Of a DNA stretch of 60,000 nucleotides, positions 39,926 to 53,600 are shown in pieces (the first letter of the stretch is position 1; each line of letters begins with the position of its first letter). Location of the stretch: positions 6,016,001-6,076,000 of the forward strand of contig NW_024704743.1 of assembly GCF_018977255.1 (NCBI RefSeq), read 5' to 3'. The notes below the pieces were generated by a model. That model made no database searches. It was not told where the DNA came from and was given only the letters and a program-made list of their open reading frames with translations. Origin of the DNA: Callorhinchus milii (lineage: Eukaryota). A program made the translations under genes and the position numbers.

Positions 39926-40896
39926 TGCTGCACTAGGACCAGTAGATTTATTAGAACTGCGGAATGCTTTTTGATTGTGGAGGTTGACCAAATGATAAAG
40001 AATAGTAATCCGTGGAGTAATCCATATCTGCCGCGTTTTGGGGTCTTGATTTCTATTCAGCCTGTGTTGGCATTGGCAGTAGACAGGATATGGCTTACCT
40101 TTGACACAGTGGTTGAGGAATCCACCAACAGCATTTGTCTCAGCGCTCCAAGACACTATCCTGCGTGAATGATGCTATATGTATGTGTGTGTATATATAT
40201 ATACACAAGTTGTTGTTAAGCCTGACTTAAAAATGACTTGTTGGAAAAGATGTTAAAAAAGGACGACTAACGCCCGTGATATTGTGACCCAGAATGAGTC
40301 ATTGCTTTGAAAAGGGGGGAGAATTGATTTGTGGTGTAAAATGAAATGTAATCCAATAGCACTGTAGGTAGCTGAATTAGCATAAACCTTCTCACTCTCT
40401 TTTCTGGCACTTTCCATTTATAAATGAAGGGACTCGCTGTAAACTACATATTTATTGAAGAACTGAAATGTTCCTGCGGTTCTGTGGCAGCTTGCTGCAA
40501 TATCCTGATAAGCCATTTTTCTATAACTTTTTGTGTATGAGTATGAGTGCAAATTCCACCAAGAACAGAAGCAAAACAGTTTCCTTTGGCTGGCACCAAT
40601 GGGACCACAGACCAGTTTGCATCACCATCAAGAGAAGATGATCTGTTGCAGGTGTTTATTAGCAAGTTCGTGGTGGTGGTTTGCTCTGCACAACTTGAAT
40701 CTGTTCAATAGAGTAGTTCCTTTAAGCTGTTAGCCCACTGGCTTTCTCTGAGCTCCAGTGATGGATCTATGTCATTAGTGCTTCCATTTTGCCCATGGAA
40801 TATACAGTCAATTCACTTTAGAGGATATTATGTGAAGCGTTTTGAGACGTCTCGAAGACCTGATAAAGCGCTATTCGAATGCAAGTATTATTATTG

Positions 40897-41210
40897 TTAC
40901 AGGGCAACCCCATTGTAATGCGTTTGTCTGGGTCCAATCACTCACGTTGTAAGTCATCATAAGAAATGTCCGAATTCCTCATTGTCAGGTTCTATGTGCA
41001 AGAAGCTTGCTGACATCAATTCTTTCATGGCGTGATAGCTCACAGGAAATTACATCAGTGGTGAGCTGACAACCTGGAAGTTGGACAATTTTTAGCGTGG
41101 GAAACCAGGTGTATTGTGGTTAGCTCAGGTCTCCATTAGACACATGCTCTTGAGTGAGCTTGCATTCAACCAGTGGGTATTCTAGCGGAATTGCCTTATA
41201 CAAGGAAAGT
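40897..41210 (+). mobile_element. DIRS-type RNase H relic
   Basis: Fragments LQGNPIVMRL, ITHVVSH, ILSWRD, DNLEVGQFLA and ELAFNQWVF..CLIQG parallel LRGRHVLVRSDNTTVVAY, ILSWAE, DNWEADFLS and EWSLHPEVF..ICQRWG. Confidence 0.5.
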
Positions 41211-43377
41211 TCATTTGTGCTGCTGTTTGACAGATTATAGTAATGCTGCTCTGTGTTGCTGTATCCTAATATTTTAAATAATAACAACATAAGTTGCATT
41301 TATATAATGCCCTTCACGGAGGCTAGGGTCCCAGAGCACTTTAACAAAACTTTATACAGGGTATTATGGACCTACTAGAATGAGATGTATCTTGTGATTC
41401 TGGTAGACACAGTTCATGGAAATTATGTGAACTATAAATTTGTAGATTTAGCAGAAATCAATTGACAAATGTTGGCACTCAGAAGCCTATACAGTTAATG
41501 GCGTACATAAAGGTGGCTCAGAAGACTGAATTAAATTTGTTTTGTTGGAGAGTCTGAAATCTTTCTTGTCAGCGAAGAATGTATAATAGAACTTATCAAC
41601 TTCAGCATATCACATGTCCCCAAAGGAAATAACAGAATGGTTTGATCTATTCAGAAATAATATTGTTGCTGGCCTCAGCAGAATTTCTTTAGAGTTTAAG
41701 TTGCTGATTTAGATAAGGTATCCTTGCACTGATCATGTTTTTGTGCCATTTTTGGTTATTAAAATGCAGCTAACTTTAAATAGCCATTACATTATGGGTA
41801 TCATCCTTGGGAAGGAAGTATGCAGGCTCCCCTTGGAGCTGTCTGGGTCCAAGGCGACATGTTTGGCAACAGAAAGTCGGAATCAAGCCAGCCCTCTATG
41901 GCAGTCTCGGTAATAATAATAATCCTCGTATTTGATGACGTGCCTTATCACGTCTTCAAGAAGTCCAAAGGGCTTTGCAGAATATACTGTAAAGTGAATT
42001 GACTGTATATTTTGTAGTGAAATGCGGCATCTAGTTGTGCACAACAGCGTCCCACAAACAGTCGTGGATTGAGTGACCAAATTATTATTTTATTTTTTTG
42101 GAAGAGATTATTACCCCGGAGAAGCGATCCGCCAATTGACTAACAACCGGGTTCCTACTTACTGCTAAGTAAATGGAGTCATGTGGAATAAAAAAACTTG
42201 CCCAACATTTCGGTAGTCGGGTTCCTGAGCCAGGTGGGTCTACAGTACTCCAGGCACTGCTGATGACAGCACAGCCAGCCTGGCTCATTGGTAGGACTTG
42301 GAATTCACTGGGGGCAGGGAATCATCCCACTCAGCTCGCCCTAATGGGTCGGGTGGTCCCAGCTGGACAAGCTGTGGGAAAGCTTCCCAGAGAGCAATAT
42401 CAATAGCAAGCTATGCTGTTTTAGCTGGTTAAACTCCAGCAGTACCCAAACGCTCATTCTGGGGTCCACAAGCCTTGCCTCTTGCCAACTGGAATCAGGA
42501 AAGCAGGATGCATCCCTTCAGGGAGAGAGTGCATTCCATTTCACCAATGGGTTTCCACATGTGTCAGACACCCGGCTGACCCCCCAAAAAGGTTTTGTGC
42601 AATGCAGTACTATTATGTTTCTTCAGGTCAGTCCCAAAAATTGTAGACATGACCTCAACTACCGAACATATAGCAGGATCTTACATCTGTTTTTGTTCAT
42701 ACAGACTGCAATAAAACATGTTCTCCCTTTTGATAATATGATTCAAAAGATCAGCTTGCTTTGTGTTGGGGAGAGGGAAGAGGAATTGGAAACAATGGAA
42801 AAGAACAAGCAGAGAGATTTCAATGAATCGGAGATGAATTTGACAAATGGCAGATGTAATTTAATATGGATAAATGCAAAGTAATAAGACTGGGAACGGG
42901 AAGAAGTAATGGGAACATCAAAGGGAAGGATTATTATCATCACTGAATAAGGGACATGTAGATAAATTGGGTAAATCAAGGTGAATAGATTGTTTACATC
43001 AGGGGTCAGAGGTGGCTCAGGTTTTTTTCTGGCCTGTGGCCCAGTCTTCATTTTCTTCAGTCACGTGTTCAGTGACATCAGTCACGATAACATGTTAGGA
43101 CTGTATGGATGTACTATTACAGTGCACTATGATAGTGCATACAGAGAATATATTAAAGTAATTATACTGGAGGCAATATCGACTTTGACTCCATGTATCT
43201 CCCACGTTCATGAGGATTTTTTAATAGTTAATAATAGTCTTTGCATTTTTCCTTTCCCCCCAAGATCAATGAGTGATTCTCACTATCATAATGGATGCAG
43301 AAAATCCTTAAATTCAATCTAAATTTGGAAGCTGGTTCTTTTTAAGAATTTCTGAAAAATAGCTTCCAAATTAACCA

Positions 43378-44277
43378 TAACAACAGCCACAAATTACATT
43401 TGTATAGCGCCTTTCATGTCAGGAGGACGTCCCAAGACCCTGGACAGTCAGGGATCAGCACCCTAGCTGGTGGTTGGGATCAGGAAGGGTGGCAGGTAGG
43501 GGTCAGAAGGTGACCAAAGGCATGGTCAAAGAGGAGGGTCTTGAGATGGGTTTTGAAGGAGGCAAGGGAGAGGGCGAGGCAGAGGGACTGTGGGATGGAG
43601 TTCCTAACAACAACTAAAACTGAGTTTAAGAGTTTGTTTTTACAATCTGTGCGAGCTTCAAAGTTTAAGACCTATTCTTAAAAGCTAAGGCTTACAACAA
43701 CAAGAAAATTACATTTATAGAGTGCCTTTCACATTGGGAGGACGTCCTAAAGTGCTGAACAGTCAGGTGTCGGGGCCCGAGCATGGGGGGGAGGGATGGT
43801 GTAGGGCTGAGGGAAGACAGAGAGGTGGGAGGGCGACCAAAGGCACGATCGAAGAGAAGGGTCTTGAGACCGGCCTTGAAGGAGGCGAGGGAGGAAGCGA
43901 GGCAAAGGGACGGTGGGATGGAGTTCCAGAGTGTGGGGGCAGAGAGGTTGAAAGCTCGGCCACCGATGGTTGGGCGGGAGACATGGAGCAGTCCGGAGCA
44001 CACTGAACGGAGTGAGCGGGCAGGTTGCTAGGGGGTCAGCAGGTCAGAGAGGTAGGAGGGGGCAAGGCCATGGATGGCCTTAAAAGTGATGACGAGGGTC
44101 TTGAACTCGATCCTCTGGGGGATGGGGAGCCAGTGGAGTCGGGCGAGGGTGGGAGTGATGGAGTCACGGAGCCTGGTGCGCGAGAGTACATGAGCTGCAG
44201 AGTTTTGAATGATTTGCAGCTTGTGAAGGGAAGAGTTGGGAACTCCGATGAGGAGGGAGGTTCCGTAATCCAGCCTT
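43378..44277 (-). mobile_element. Two adjacent L2 3' fragments (43378-43605; 43693-44277)
   Basis: TIGGRAFNLSAPTLWNSIP..FKAGLKTLLFDRAF; (ttg)n tails. Confidence 0.9.
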
Positions 44278-44624
44278 AACTTAATAGCTAAGGCTGGAAT
44301 TTCATGCTTAATAAGAGGCTATAAGCGATGTGATAACATTATATTGTTGAATATTACAGCAAAGACTTTTATTTGCGTCAGTATGTTAACGCTAGATCAA
44401 ATATAGTCTCAGAGCAGCACTTGGTGGAAGTACATGTTCTGAGTACATGTTTTAGATGTATTAAGGGCATAATGTAGTCATTTTGTTTGGTAAATAGCTA
44501 CAACATTGAATACTTTAACAATGATTTTAAAAAATCACACTTGCATTTGATATACTGTGACACCATGTTGAACGATGTCACCGCTCCCAGAGACCTGGCC
44601 AACAAAAATCCCCCAAATAAAATT

Positions 44625-45240
44625 TGTCACTCATTTCATGGCTGTTCATGGGACCTCACTGGGTACTGGGAACTCCCTGTGAGCTTTCCGGTGAGCAACA
44701 CAGCTCAGTATGAAGTACGTGAGAGCCTTGCCACCATCTTTCTGTCCACAACTAGGACATGTAACAACAACAACAACTTTGATTTATATAACGCCCTCCA
44801 CGCCGGACGGTGTCTCAGAGCGCTTTACAGTAAAGGAATCCCGGGACCGGGGGAGGGGGAGGGAAGGTGCCCAAAGGCGCGGTCGAAAAGAAAGGTCTTC
44901 AGCGGAGACCTGAAAATGGGAAGGGAGGGAGCGAGACGAAGGGAGTGAGGAAGGCAGTTCCGGAGCCTCGGGGCATAGTGGCTGAAGGCACAGCCGCCGA
45001 GGGTGGAGCGGAGGACTCGGGGGGGCGAGGAGGAGGCCAGACCCGGAGGAACGAAGGCAACGAAGACGCCATGTTACGCCTTCCAACAGCTGTCGCCCAA
45101 GCCTTAGGAGAGTTTACTTATCAGCTACCTGGCAGACATCTGCCTTCAATGTGGTGGGAGGATTTTTGAAGGACAGCTTGTGATGTGCCAGCTCGAGGTC
45201 CAACTCCAATACTGCATACCAGGCTTACTCAGCAACAGGC
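44625..45240 (-). mobile_element. LINE ORF2 C-terminus with zinc knuckle (family X; RTE-X/I-group-like), split by an L2 insertion 44763-45069
   Basis: Removing the L2 (CATGT at 44758-44762 and 45070-45074) restores LLRLGRQLLEGVTCPSCGQKDGGKALTYFILSCVAHRKAHREF. Confidence 0.55.
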
Positions 45241-48089
45241 TTACTCACCAATCGAAATGTTCCTGCAACATTATACCAATTCCTCCATTAAACCAAACGT
45301 CATCCATTTTCTATTAGCTTAATTTCAGGCTGCTTTATACGGGAAAAGGTGCTTGACCTTGGTTTCACATTAAGTGTTTATAGTAATATAGCATTCCAGC
45401 TGAAAAAGTCAGTAAGTTTATACTGTATGAAACAGTCAAGATTGCTTTACATTGTATCTGAAGCCACTAACTGTCGCAGCAGTAAATCTGTTTCGAACAT
45501 GTATAAATAATGTTGGCAATACCTGTTCTTGCCAAGATTTTGTCGTCTTTGTGATCTTGCTCTTCTCACTGAACAGACATGCTGGCTTTTAGCTTTCATA
45601 CTTTGACAGGTTCCGACCTTTTTTGGACATATTGTATTAAGATAAATTAATTTCACCTAAGTGATTGCTTGTGCCAGAAGTATGCACAAATCTACTGGGA
45701 ACGTAGCGTTGTATATTCCAAGCCTCATACTGTCTGGGCTATCACTTCAGCAGTGGTTACATTTGCTGTACTTAAAACAAAATGTAGTTATGTCTGTCAA
45801 AACAATAAATATGATATTTGATCAAATAGGCGTTGGCCATTGATTTCACAAAATTGATTTCCTCTTTCGTGAGCTTAATATTTTTGTCTAAACTACTTTA
45901 ATTTCAGAAGCTTGCAATATCTCCTTACATTCTTGCTTTCAGCATAAATCCAGTATTTAGAGAGCAGTATTTTTTGGGACCAAGCAATTAGATATCACCT
46001 TGTCACTTATTACATCTTTGAGGTAAGTTTGACAATTTGAGGGAAGTTCAGTTTTATTGCATCCGTAGACTGATAGCTGTCGTGAACTATAATCATATCT
46101 GTCTGTATTTATCTATTTATAATAATAATGATAATCCTTCCATTTTGATATAGAGCTTTTCACATCTTCTAGACATCTCAAAGCGCTTCACAGAATATAC
46201 TGTAAAGTGAATTGACTGTATATTTGCCGGCGAAACACGGCAGCCAATTGCGCACAGCAGTGTCCTACAAACTGTCGTGGATTGAAGTGACAAATTTATT
46301 ATTGTTTTGTTTTCTTGAGGGATTATTATTAGGCGTGTGGAGTAAGGAAACTTGCCCAAGGTTTCGTCCTGCTGGGAATCGAACCTAGGTCTCGCTTACG
46401 AGGCGAGTGCTCTAACCACTGAGCTATAGGACTCCACAATTTATCATGACTGTTTGGTACCAAATTGTCTGCTGCATCTGGCTACAGTGAAGCACATTGC
46501 GACATCATCCCAATGTGAAAGGTTCTATATCAAATGTAAGAATTAATATCATGCCTGACTAATTGCCAGTGAATTGTTTAGAAACGTTTCAACTTCACGA
46601 GGTGCTCTGTGGGAGCACGCTCACCTCCAAGTCAGAAGGTTACGGGTTCAAGCCCCGTGAGGATATGGAAAGCAAAAATCTGGGATTGATGGTTGGATCA
46701 TGCTTTCCTTGGTGTTTAAATAGGTCTGCTATCTCCATTTAATAATTATTTAGGCTAACCTTTATTTAAAACTTCCAAATTCAACTCTAAAGGAATAAAG
46801 TCTACTTGGTAAGGGATGGGAAAAATTCAAATATCTAAACCCAAAACTTGTGTTTCAGCTAAACTATGTACTATTTCTTTTTATAGCAGTCAGTTCACAA
46901 ACACAGATGTATTATAATAACTTTATACTTTAAATGCACTCTGTGTTGTAATAGTTTATATAATGTTTATCTTAATCAGCAGTACTTAAAATGAAATAAA
47001 CGGTTACTTGGCAATTCTCAAAGCTAATTCAGCAAAACATGCAGGCATGAGGGTAAAAACCTATTCAATTGTGGATTAAAGTGCTGCTCATTAAATCTTC
47101 ACCAAAAGCCTTTTCTGCCTGCCCGTTATTCACAACTTTAGGTCAGAGTTTCTGTGTGATGTTCTTTTGATGGATTTCTGAGTAAATTGCAGTGTACGGT
47201 CCCACTGTTAAATACTGCGTGGTTTAAACTGAAATGCTATAAGTTGAAGATTTTTTAAAAAACATTCAAATTGACTAATAGACATGAAAAACATTTGAGA
47301 CGTCTCATTGACGTGATAAGGCACAATATCAAATGCAAGCATTATTATATTAAATCAATTGGTTTTAATTGCAATAAAAATAAATTGAAGTGCTCTTGCA
47401 ATTATCTCTGCTTCTCTTATGTTCTCCAAAAGTAACATCTCTGCATCCAGTGTGCACTTAATTACATTTTGGAATGCACTTTTTCCTCCACTGAGAATAA
47501 ATTGAGCTCCCTTAGGCTATCATTAAACACAACAATATAAAACTTTGAACTGTAATCTTTGCTCTCCTTTGAATTCTTTTTGATAACGTTGGCATTGTGA
47601 AAGTATAGTTAATGACGAATGTTCTTGAATAGGGTCTCACCGGTGTTTTACGGAGTCTTATTACTTCCTTGGTCTTGGGAGACTACGGTTCTACTTCTGC
47701 ATTCTCTCAGTCTACAATATTTGGTTTGGATCACTATCGTGTAGTGTTTTCAATGTTTGCTTAACTACCACCACACCCAGATTATTTCCTCCTTTGTATC
47801 ATTTAATCAGATACTCTTAGTTTGATAATTGGGACAGATATGTGTTACTTTACACACTCCAATGTCACAGTATCCAGGCTGTGCTGGTGTTTATACTCCA
47901 TGTGAGTCTCCAACCATTGCTTACTCCCTCCCATGCTCTTCTATTCCTCATGAGACGGCCCACCTTCCTCTTGAATATATCTCTACTGTTTGATTCAACC
48001 ACTGATTCAGGCAGCAAGTGCCACAATCTCACTAGACAACAACGTGGATTTATATAGCACCCTTCCCATGGGGTAGCGCTTGTGTGAAT

Positions 48090-48740
48090 TAACAACAAAA
48101 TTCTGTTTGTATAGCGCCTTCCACTTCGGGAGGATGGCCCAAGGCGCTGGACAGACAGAGTTTCGGACCCAAGCTAGGGATCGGGGAAGGTGCAGGGCAG
48201 ACGGCGAAGCAGGTTGATCGAAAGCACAGTTGAAGAAAGGGGTCTTGAAATGGGTCTTGGAGGATGCAAGGGAGGATGCGAGGTGTAGGGATTGCGGGAT
48301 GGAGTTCCAGAAGGTGGGAGCAGAAGGTCCGCCCACCAATGGTGGGGCGGGCGAGACGGGAACAGGCCCGCTGAGGAGAGGGAGCGGGCAGGATGGTAGG
48401 GGGTTAGGCGGTCGCAGAGGTAGAGGGGAGCAAGAGCAAGGAAAGCTTTGAAGGTGAGGACCAGGATCTTGAACTGTATCCTCTGTGTGATGGGAAGCCA
48501 GTGGAGTCAAGCGAGGATGGGGGTGATAGGGTCGCGGAGCCTGGTCCGGGAGAGGACACAAGCTGCAGAGTTCTGGATGATCTGCAGCCTGCGGAGGGAG
48601 GATTTGGGGAGGCCGACAAGCAAGAAGTTTGCATAGTCAAGCCTTGATGTAATGAAAGCATGTATGATGAGGGTTTCGGCGGCCTGCAATGTGAGGCAGT
48701 GGCAGAGCTGGGCGATGTTGCGGAAGTGGGGGAAGGCAGA
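48090..48740 (-). mobile_element. L2 LINE 3' fragment
   Basis: AAETLIIHAFITSRLDYANFLLVGLPKSSLRRLQIIQNSAACVLSRTRLRDPITPILA. Confidence 0.9.
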
Positions 48741-50079
48741 GTGGGTCCTCTGTAGTTCTTCCTAACTTCTCTGTTAGAACCCCTAGTCACACATTTCTCC
48801 GGCACCATTTCTGTCTTCAAATGATTAGAACAACAAAATAAATAAATTAGAACAAGATCAAAATGGTGCAGGAGAAATATATTCCATTAAGAAATAAGGG
48901 AAAAATAACTAATAATGGGATGCTATGGATGGATAAGTAGGTGAAGAACAAGAAGCCCCAAGTCTTGTGTAGAAGACCTATTAAATGCCTTTTGAAAGCA
49001 GATATTTTTCTGCATATTTCTAGCTGCATTATTCACATCTTCAAAGAATTCCAGTAAATATAATATAAACTACTTTTGTTTCATAACTTTGATTCAATTT
49101 TTCACCTTGCATCGTTTAAATTGCTTCCTTAATATTGCTCCCTTAATAAACTCCTGATATTATTCTCACAGATGTATAGTCTAGAATTCCCAAGATGTTA
49201 CTAAAATGTTTCCTCTCTTCTATTTTTGCATCTCGTTCCTCTGGGCCACATGCCATTTCATAAAAACATAGCATTGAATAGGATTGAAAAAGACCTTAAT
49301 AATCTTTAATTTGATATAGCTGCTTTCACATCTGGAGGATGTCTCAAAGTACTTCATGAGATTTACTGTAAAGTGCAACAACTGTATTTTTTAGGCAAAC
49401 GCAACAGCCAATTTGGACACAGCAGTGTCCCACAAACAGTCATGCAAAAAATGATTGTGTGCAGAACAAAAAAAAGGTTACTTCTTCACTTTTAAAAATG
49501 TCACTTTATTTCTAATGATACAAAGCCTCTTTATTTTGTGGAATTTGTTTTCTATCTTTTCCTTCTGCATTTCATTAGTTCTTCCTGCAAAGTTGTTCAG
49601 GCATCAGTCTTGATCAGTGTCATTGAGTATTTAAGATGTTTATTGTGTCTCCTTTTAATTTAGAAATAGTGCTGATTGAATATTGCATCAGGACGTGTTA
49701 GTTATTGGTATTCTTGTGGGGGAGGCATTTTGCTGGTAATTAGAGAGAATTATAATTGTGTACTACAAATGATGAAATTAGTAGCTCATGGTCATTAATG
49801 GTATTGTGAAGCCTCAATGACGTGATAAGACACTATGCCAAATAGTGATATAGGATTATTATTATTATATTTTAACCTCTGATTGAGGTATGAAACCAGT
49901 AGAGAACACTTCAGCAGACTGGTAAAACAGAGAGAGAATTCACGCCAGACCACTTATGCAGCTACTGATCCCAAGATTATGGTGAATTTAATTTTACAGC
50001 TCTGATTGAGAATGTTTCAAGGAAGTAGGTAATAATGTATTTTAAGCTGTATTTGAATCCTTCTCTGTCTGCGTTACAG

Positions 50080-50197
50080 ATCCTTGAATCGATGCCCATG
50101 ACTGAGAAGGTAGAGGATCTACTTCGTGTCATTGGACCATTCTATGAACTTGTTGATGACAAAAAACAAACCTTGTCGCCACTTGCCATCTCAGCAG
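50080..50197 (+). CDS. ACBD5: ACBD5 coding exon 4 (118 nt)
   Basis: gttacag acceptor; ILESMPMTEKVEDLLRVIGPFYELVDDKKQTLSPLAISA resembles human IIETMPMTEKVEELLRVIGPFYEIVEDKK; donor CAG|GTTAGA, phase 1. Confidence 0.95.
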
Positions 50198-50615
50198 GTT
50201 AGACTTTACTAGGCATGTCTTCAAATTAACATGAAAATGAGGACTACAGATGTTGTTAGTCCAAAACAAGTACGGAAATGCTTGAAATTCACCTCAGGCA
50301 CATCAACAACTGAAAGGAACAGATAGATTCATTATGGGTTAACCTTCAATACGATGAACAGATTTATTCAAAACATTAGGCTATCTTTCTCTTTCAGTTG
50401 CTAACTGACATCCTGTGGATTTCCAACATTTCTATATTTATTAAATGTTAATCCTGTTTCAAGTTCATTTCTGACACTGTTAATATCCATTAACTCCATG
50501 TGGAAAATGAACTTTTGTTTTACATTCTATAAGAAAATCACTTGTGTCTTTCCTTAAACATGTTTAAGTAATAAGTTTGTTGTTTTGCTTTCCGCATCCC
50601 TTGTTTCTTCACCAG

Positions 50616-50648
50616 GCCGGTTGGATAAAGTGGTTAAATCACTTGAAG
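50616..50648 (+). CDS. ACBD5: ACBD5 33-nt symmetric (phase 1-1) small exon
   Basis: Pyrimidine tract plus accag acceptor and strong donor AAG|GTAAGG; encodes (G)RLDKVVKSLE, similar to human VRLEKISKCLE preceding DLGNVL. Confidence 0.85.
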
Positions 50649-53600
50649 GTAAGGATTAATTTATAGCGAGAACCTAGTGGTGATGTCTTGTGGTGATTTG
50701 TTTTATGTTTCTGTACCTGATTAGAATTGGAAAGTTACTTAAAAATCAATGTTTCATGTTGAGTGCATAGGTTGAGAGAGTTCTCGTAAGAGGGAGTGTA
50801 TCATATGGTAATTTTTCAACTTTGGAGTCAGACAGATGGACTGCAGAGGCCTTTTCCGTCCTGCACATTCCTATGTTTCAATGGATTTTGCAAACATATC
50901 CCATGGGTGCTCTGTTTGTCAGTAAAACACCAGTTCAGTTTTGTATCTGTTTAGTTGGACGATTAGATCAAGTTTCCTTTTAGACCATATTTTGGGAGAA
51001 CTTAACACTAGCAGCAGGCTACTGTTGTATGTTCCTTGATTTGTGACTATATATTGATGCAGCTGGTGGGTTCAGTATGTTGTAGAGCTGGCTCATCATT
51101 GAAAACTGGGCAAGGCCCCTCTCACAATATTGTTCCATTTTGTAATAATGTCAATTGTTGTAGATGTAGATTATTACCTCATTCAAAATCCATTACTCTG
51201 CTAAATCACTTATATTCCTTTTCTTATTTTGTTATACAAACTTTGTAACTTATTGTTTTTTCAAAGCGTTTTCTATGTTGGAATGAGATGGGGATTGTAG
51301 CAGAGTGTTAGGTGCGATTGAGGCCTGAAAGTCCTGTAAACTGCCTTGTATTTGTTGCAATCATTTCATTTTGTCCCACCTTGTGGAATTTATCTGCAGG
51401 TTTTCAGTATCGATCTTGTAGGATTTGTCCCATCTCGAAGTATAATTACAGTTTTAGGAATATCTGGAATATCTAATATCTGTTCCATTGATCCATTGCT
51501 TGAAGTTCATGTTAGAGAATAGTTTTGAGGTGTCAAACCAATTAATCTATAATAATAATCCTTGAATTTGATATAGCGCTTTATCACATTGTTGAGATGG
51601 CTCAAAGCTTGTCATAAAATATATTATAAAGTGGATTGACTCTATATTGTGGACGAAACACGGCAGCTAATCTGGAGGATTGTTGGCCAGGACGTCAGAA
51701 AAAATTACCTCTTTTCAGATAGCATTCACAAAAAGTTGTATTACTATAAACTGATCATTTGGAACTCAAAGTCTGTTGCTTCTAGATGTCATGAGGGTTT
51801 ACAGTTGAAAAGGCTGCCTTTATGGACTCGCATGCATCACTTGATGTGTTGCACAATCTTGAGAGCAAAAAAAANTGCCACTTTTTAGAATTAATTTGTA
51901 AAGAAATTATTCGATCCGCATTTTACAATTAGTAAAACATCCTAGGCATTTTCGATACGCATTAGGCATTTTAGGCATGCCTATGAATAATATTTTATGG
52001 AAGTTGTATGACTTTGGATAATGAAAGCGAAATGGGAATTAACAATAATACAGGCGGATGAACTGTTTGGTCTATTCTAGAGTGAAACCTATTCTGTCTG
52101 CTCTTTATAACCTGCAAATTTCCAAATTATCCTATTTTTAAATGGATTTTATCTGTTCCAAATGGAAAATTACTCCTTCCTCTTCCTCTGGTGGTTCAAT
52201 AGCGCATTGTTCCTGTTCCATCTGGAAAGTACAAGTTTCAATTGTTCATTGTCCCTGGCTGCTTTCATTGGGGAGTTCTTCTTAGTTCTTGGCTAAGTTA
52301 ACTAGGGTAGCATTTCATCTTGTGTTCAGAAGAAAAATGATCAGGTCACAGCCTTCTGACTCCGAGGCGAGAGGGCGACCAACAGGCTGACACCTGTGAG
52401 CTGTGGACTTGGCACAACGACACGGAGTGTGTTTATATTGTGTAAATTTGAATCAAGTACCTCCTAAAACCGCCACCTTCAAACACCCACTTGGTTTTGT
52501 TACTGAGGGCAATTAAGATTATTATTGGTGATTATGTGGAAATCATTGTGCCAAAAAAACAGGCCTAGAGAGCTTAATTAAGATATGATAGTTTACTCTC
52601 CAAATTTCATCATTACGTTTACAAATGTTACAATGGAGTATTGAACCCTTGGTTTCTTCCTCTCAGTCCCTTTCAACTGCTCCCCTGGTCCAGTTGTACA
52701 CAATCCCATATGATTTTAAAAACTTGTTAGTCTAACTTCAGTATATTTGTTTACAATAAAACAATCAATGGAAATAACTTCTCCCCATTTACCCTGTCAA
52801 AACCCCTCATAATTTTGTTCACCTAAAAAGAATAAAGAATAACATTTTGTTTTTTCATTTCTCAGCACACAACCTGCAAACAGCACAAGGGCATTTCATG
52901 TTGTTCATAAATTAATCCTAATTCATTAGATTTGGACACTGATGCAGTGCACCCTTACCCTCAGCAATGAACCAGTATTAACTCTTATTATTACATTATT
53001 ATTATTATTACACCTTCAGTGATTAATGTTCCACTCTGGTAAAGCACCTTTACATAAAATTATAGACTGTACACTTAGCCAACTAATTCGTACTGGCGCG
53101 TATCCTCAATACAAGACTCCATCTCTCCCAGTTCCTTGTTTCCCTTTCTTTCCCTTCTATTCCCTTCTCCATCATGTATACATCAAGCTCCCTCTTAAAT
53201 GCATTTAATAATTGAATTCAGGCTTATGCAATGAAAAAATTTTATAAATCCACCTGTGAGGGGCAGAATTTGGGGGGTGGGGAGTGTCATTATATCAGCA
53301 ATGGAAATAAACATGTTCGGATGAGGCTGTATAATTTCCATGGACAGTGTTAAGGAACAATGCTGGGAGTCTTCTGTGGGGTGGGGGGGGGGGGGGGGGG
53401 GGAACAGCCCCTCACCCAGCATAAAAATAAAGGAGAAAGAATTTCAATAGTCAGTTGATGGTATGAACTCTCTGAAGGACATGGATAGCAGAATATTAGA
53501 AAGAAATGTCACTTTTTCGAAAAAAAAGGCTCAGTTTGTAGCACTCTGCCTCTAAATCAGAAGATTGTAATACAGTGTAAATTTACATTTATATAGTGCC

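Noticed and set aside
42255..42300. CTGATGA in family X copies (also about 56334) as a hammerhead ribozyme core
   Set aside because: No stem II followed by GAAA and no matching cleavage triplet could be built.
36106..51875. Single N bases at 36106, 38620 and 51875
   Set aside because: All lie at homopolymer ends, indicating consensus or heterozygous-indel uncertainty rather than biology.
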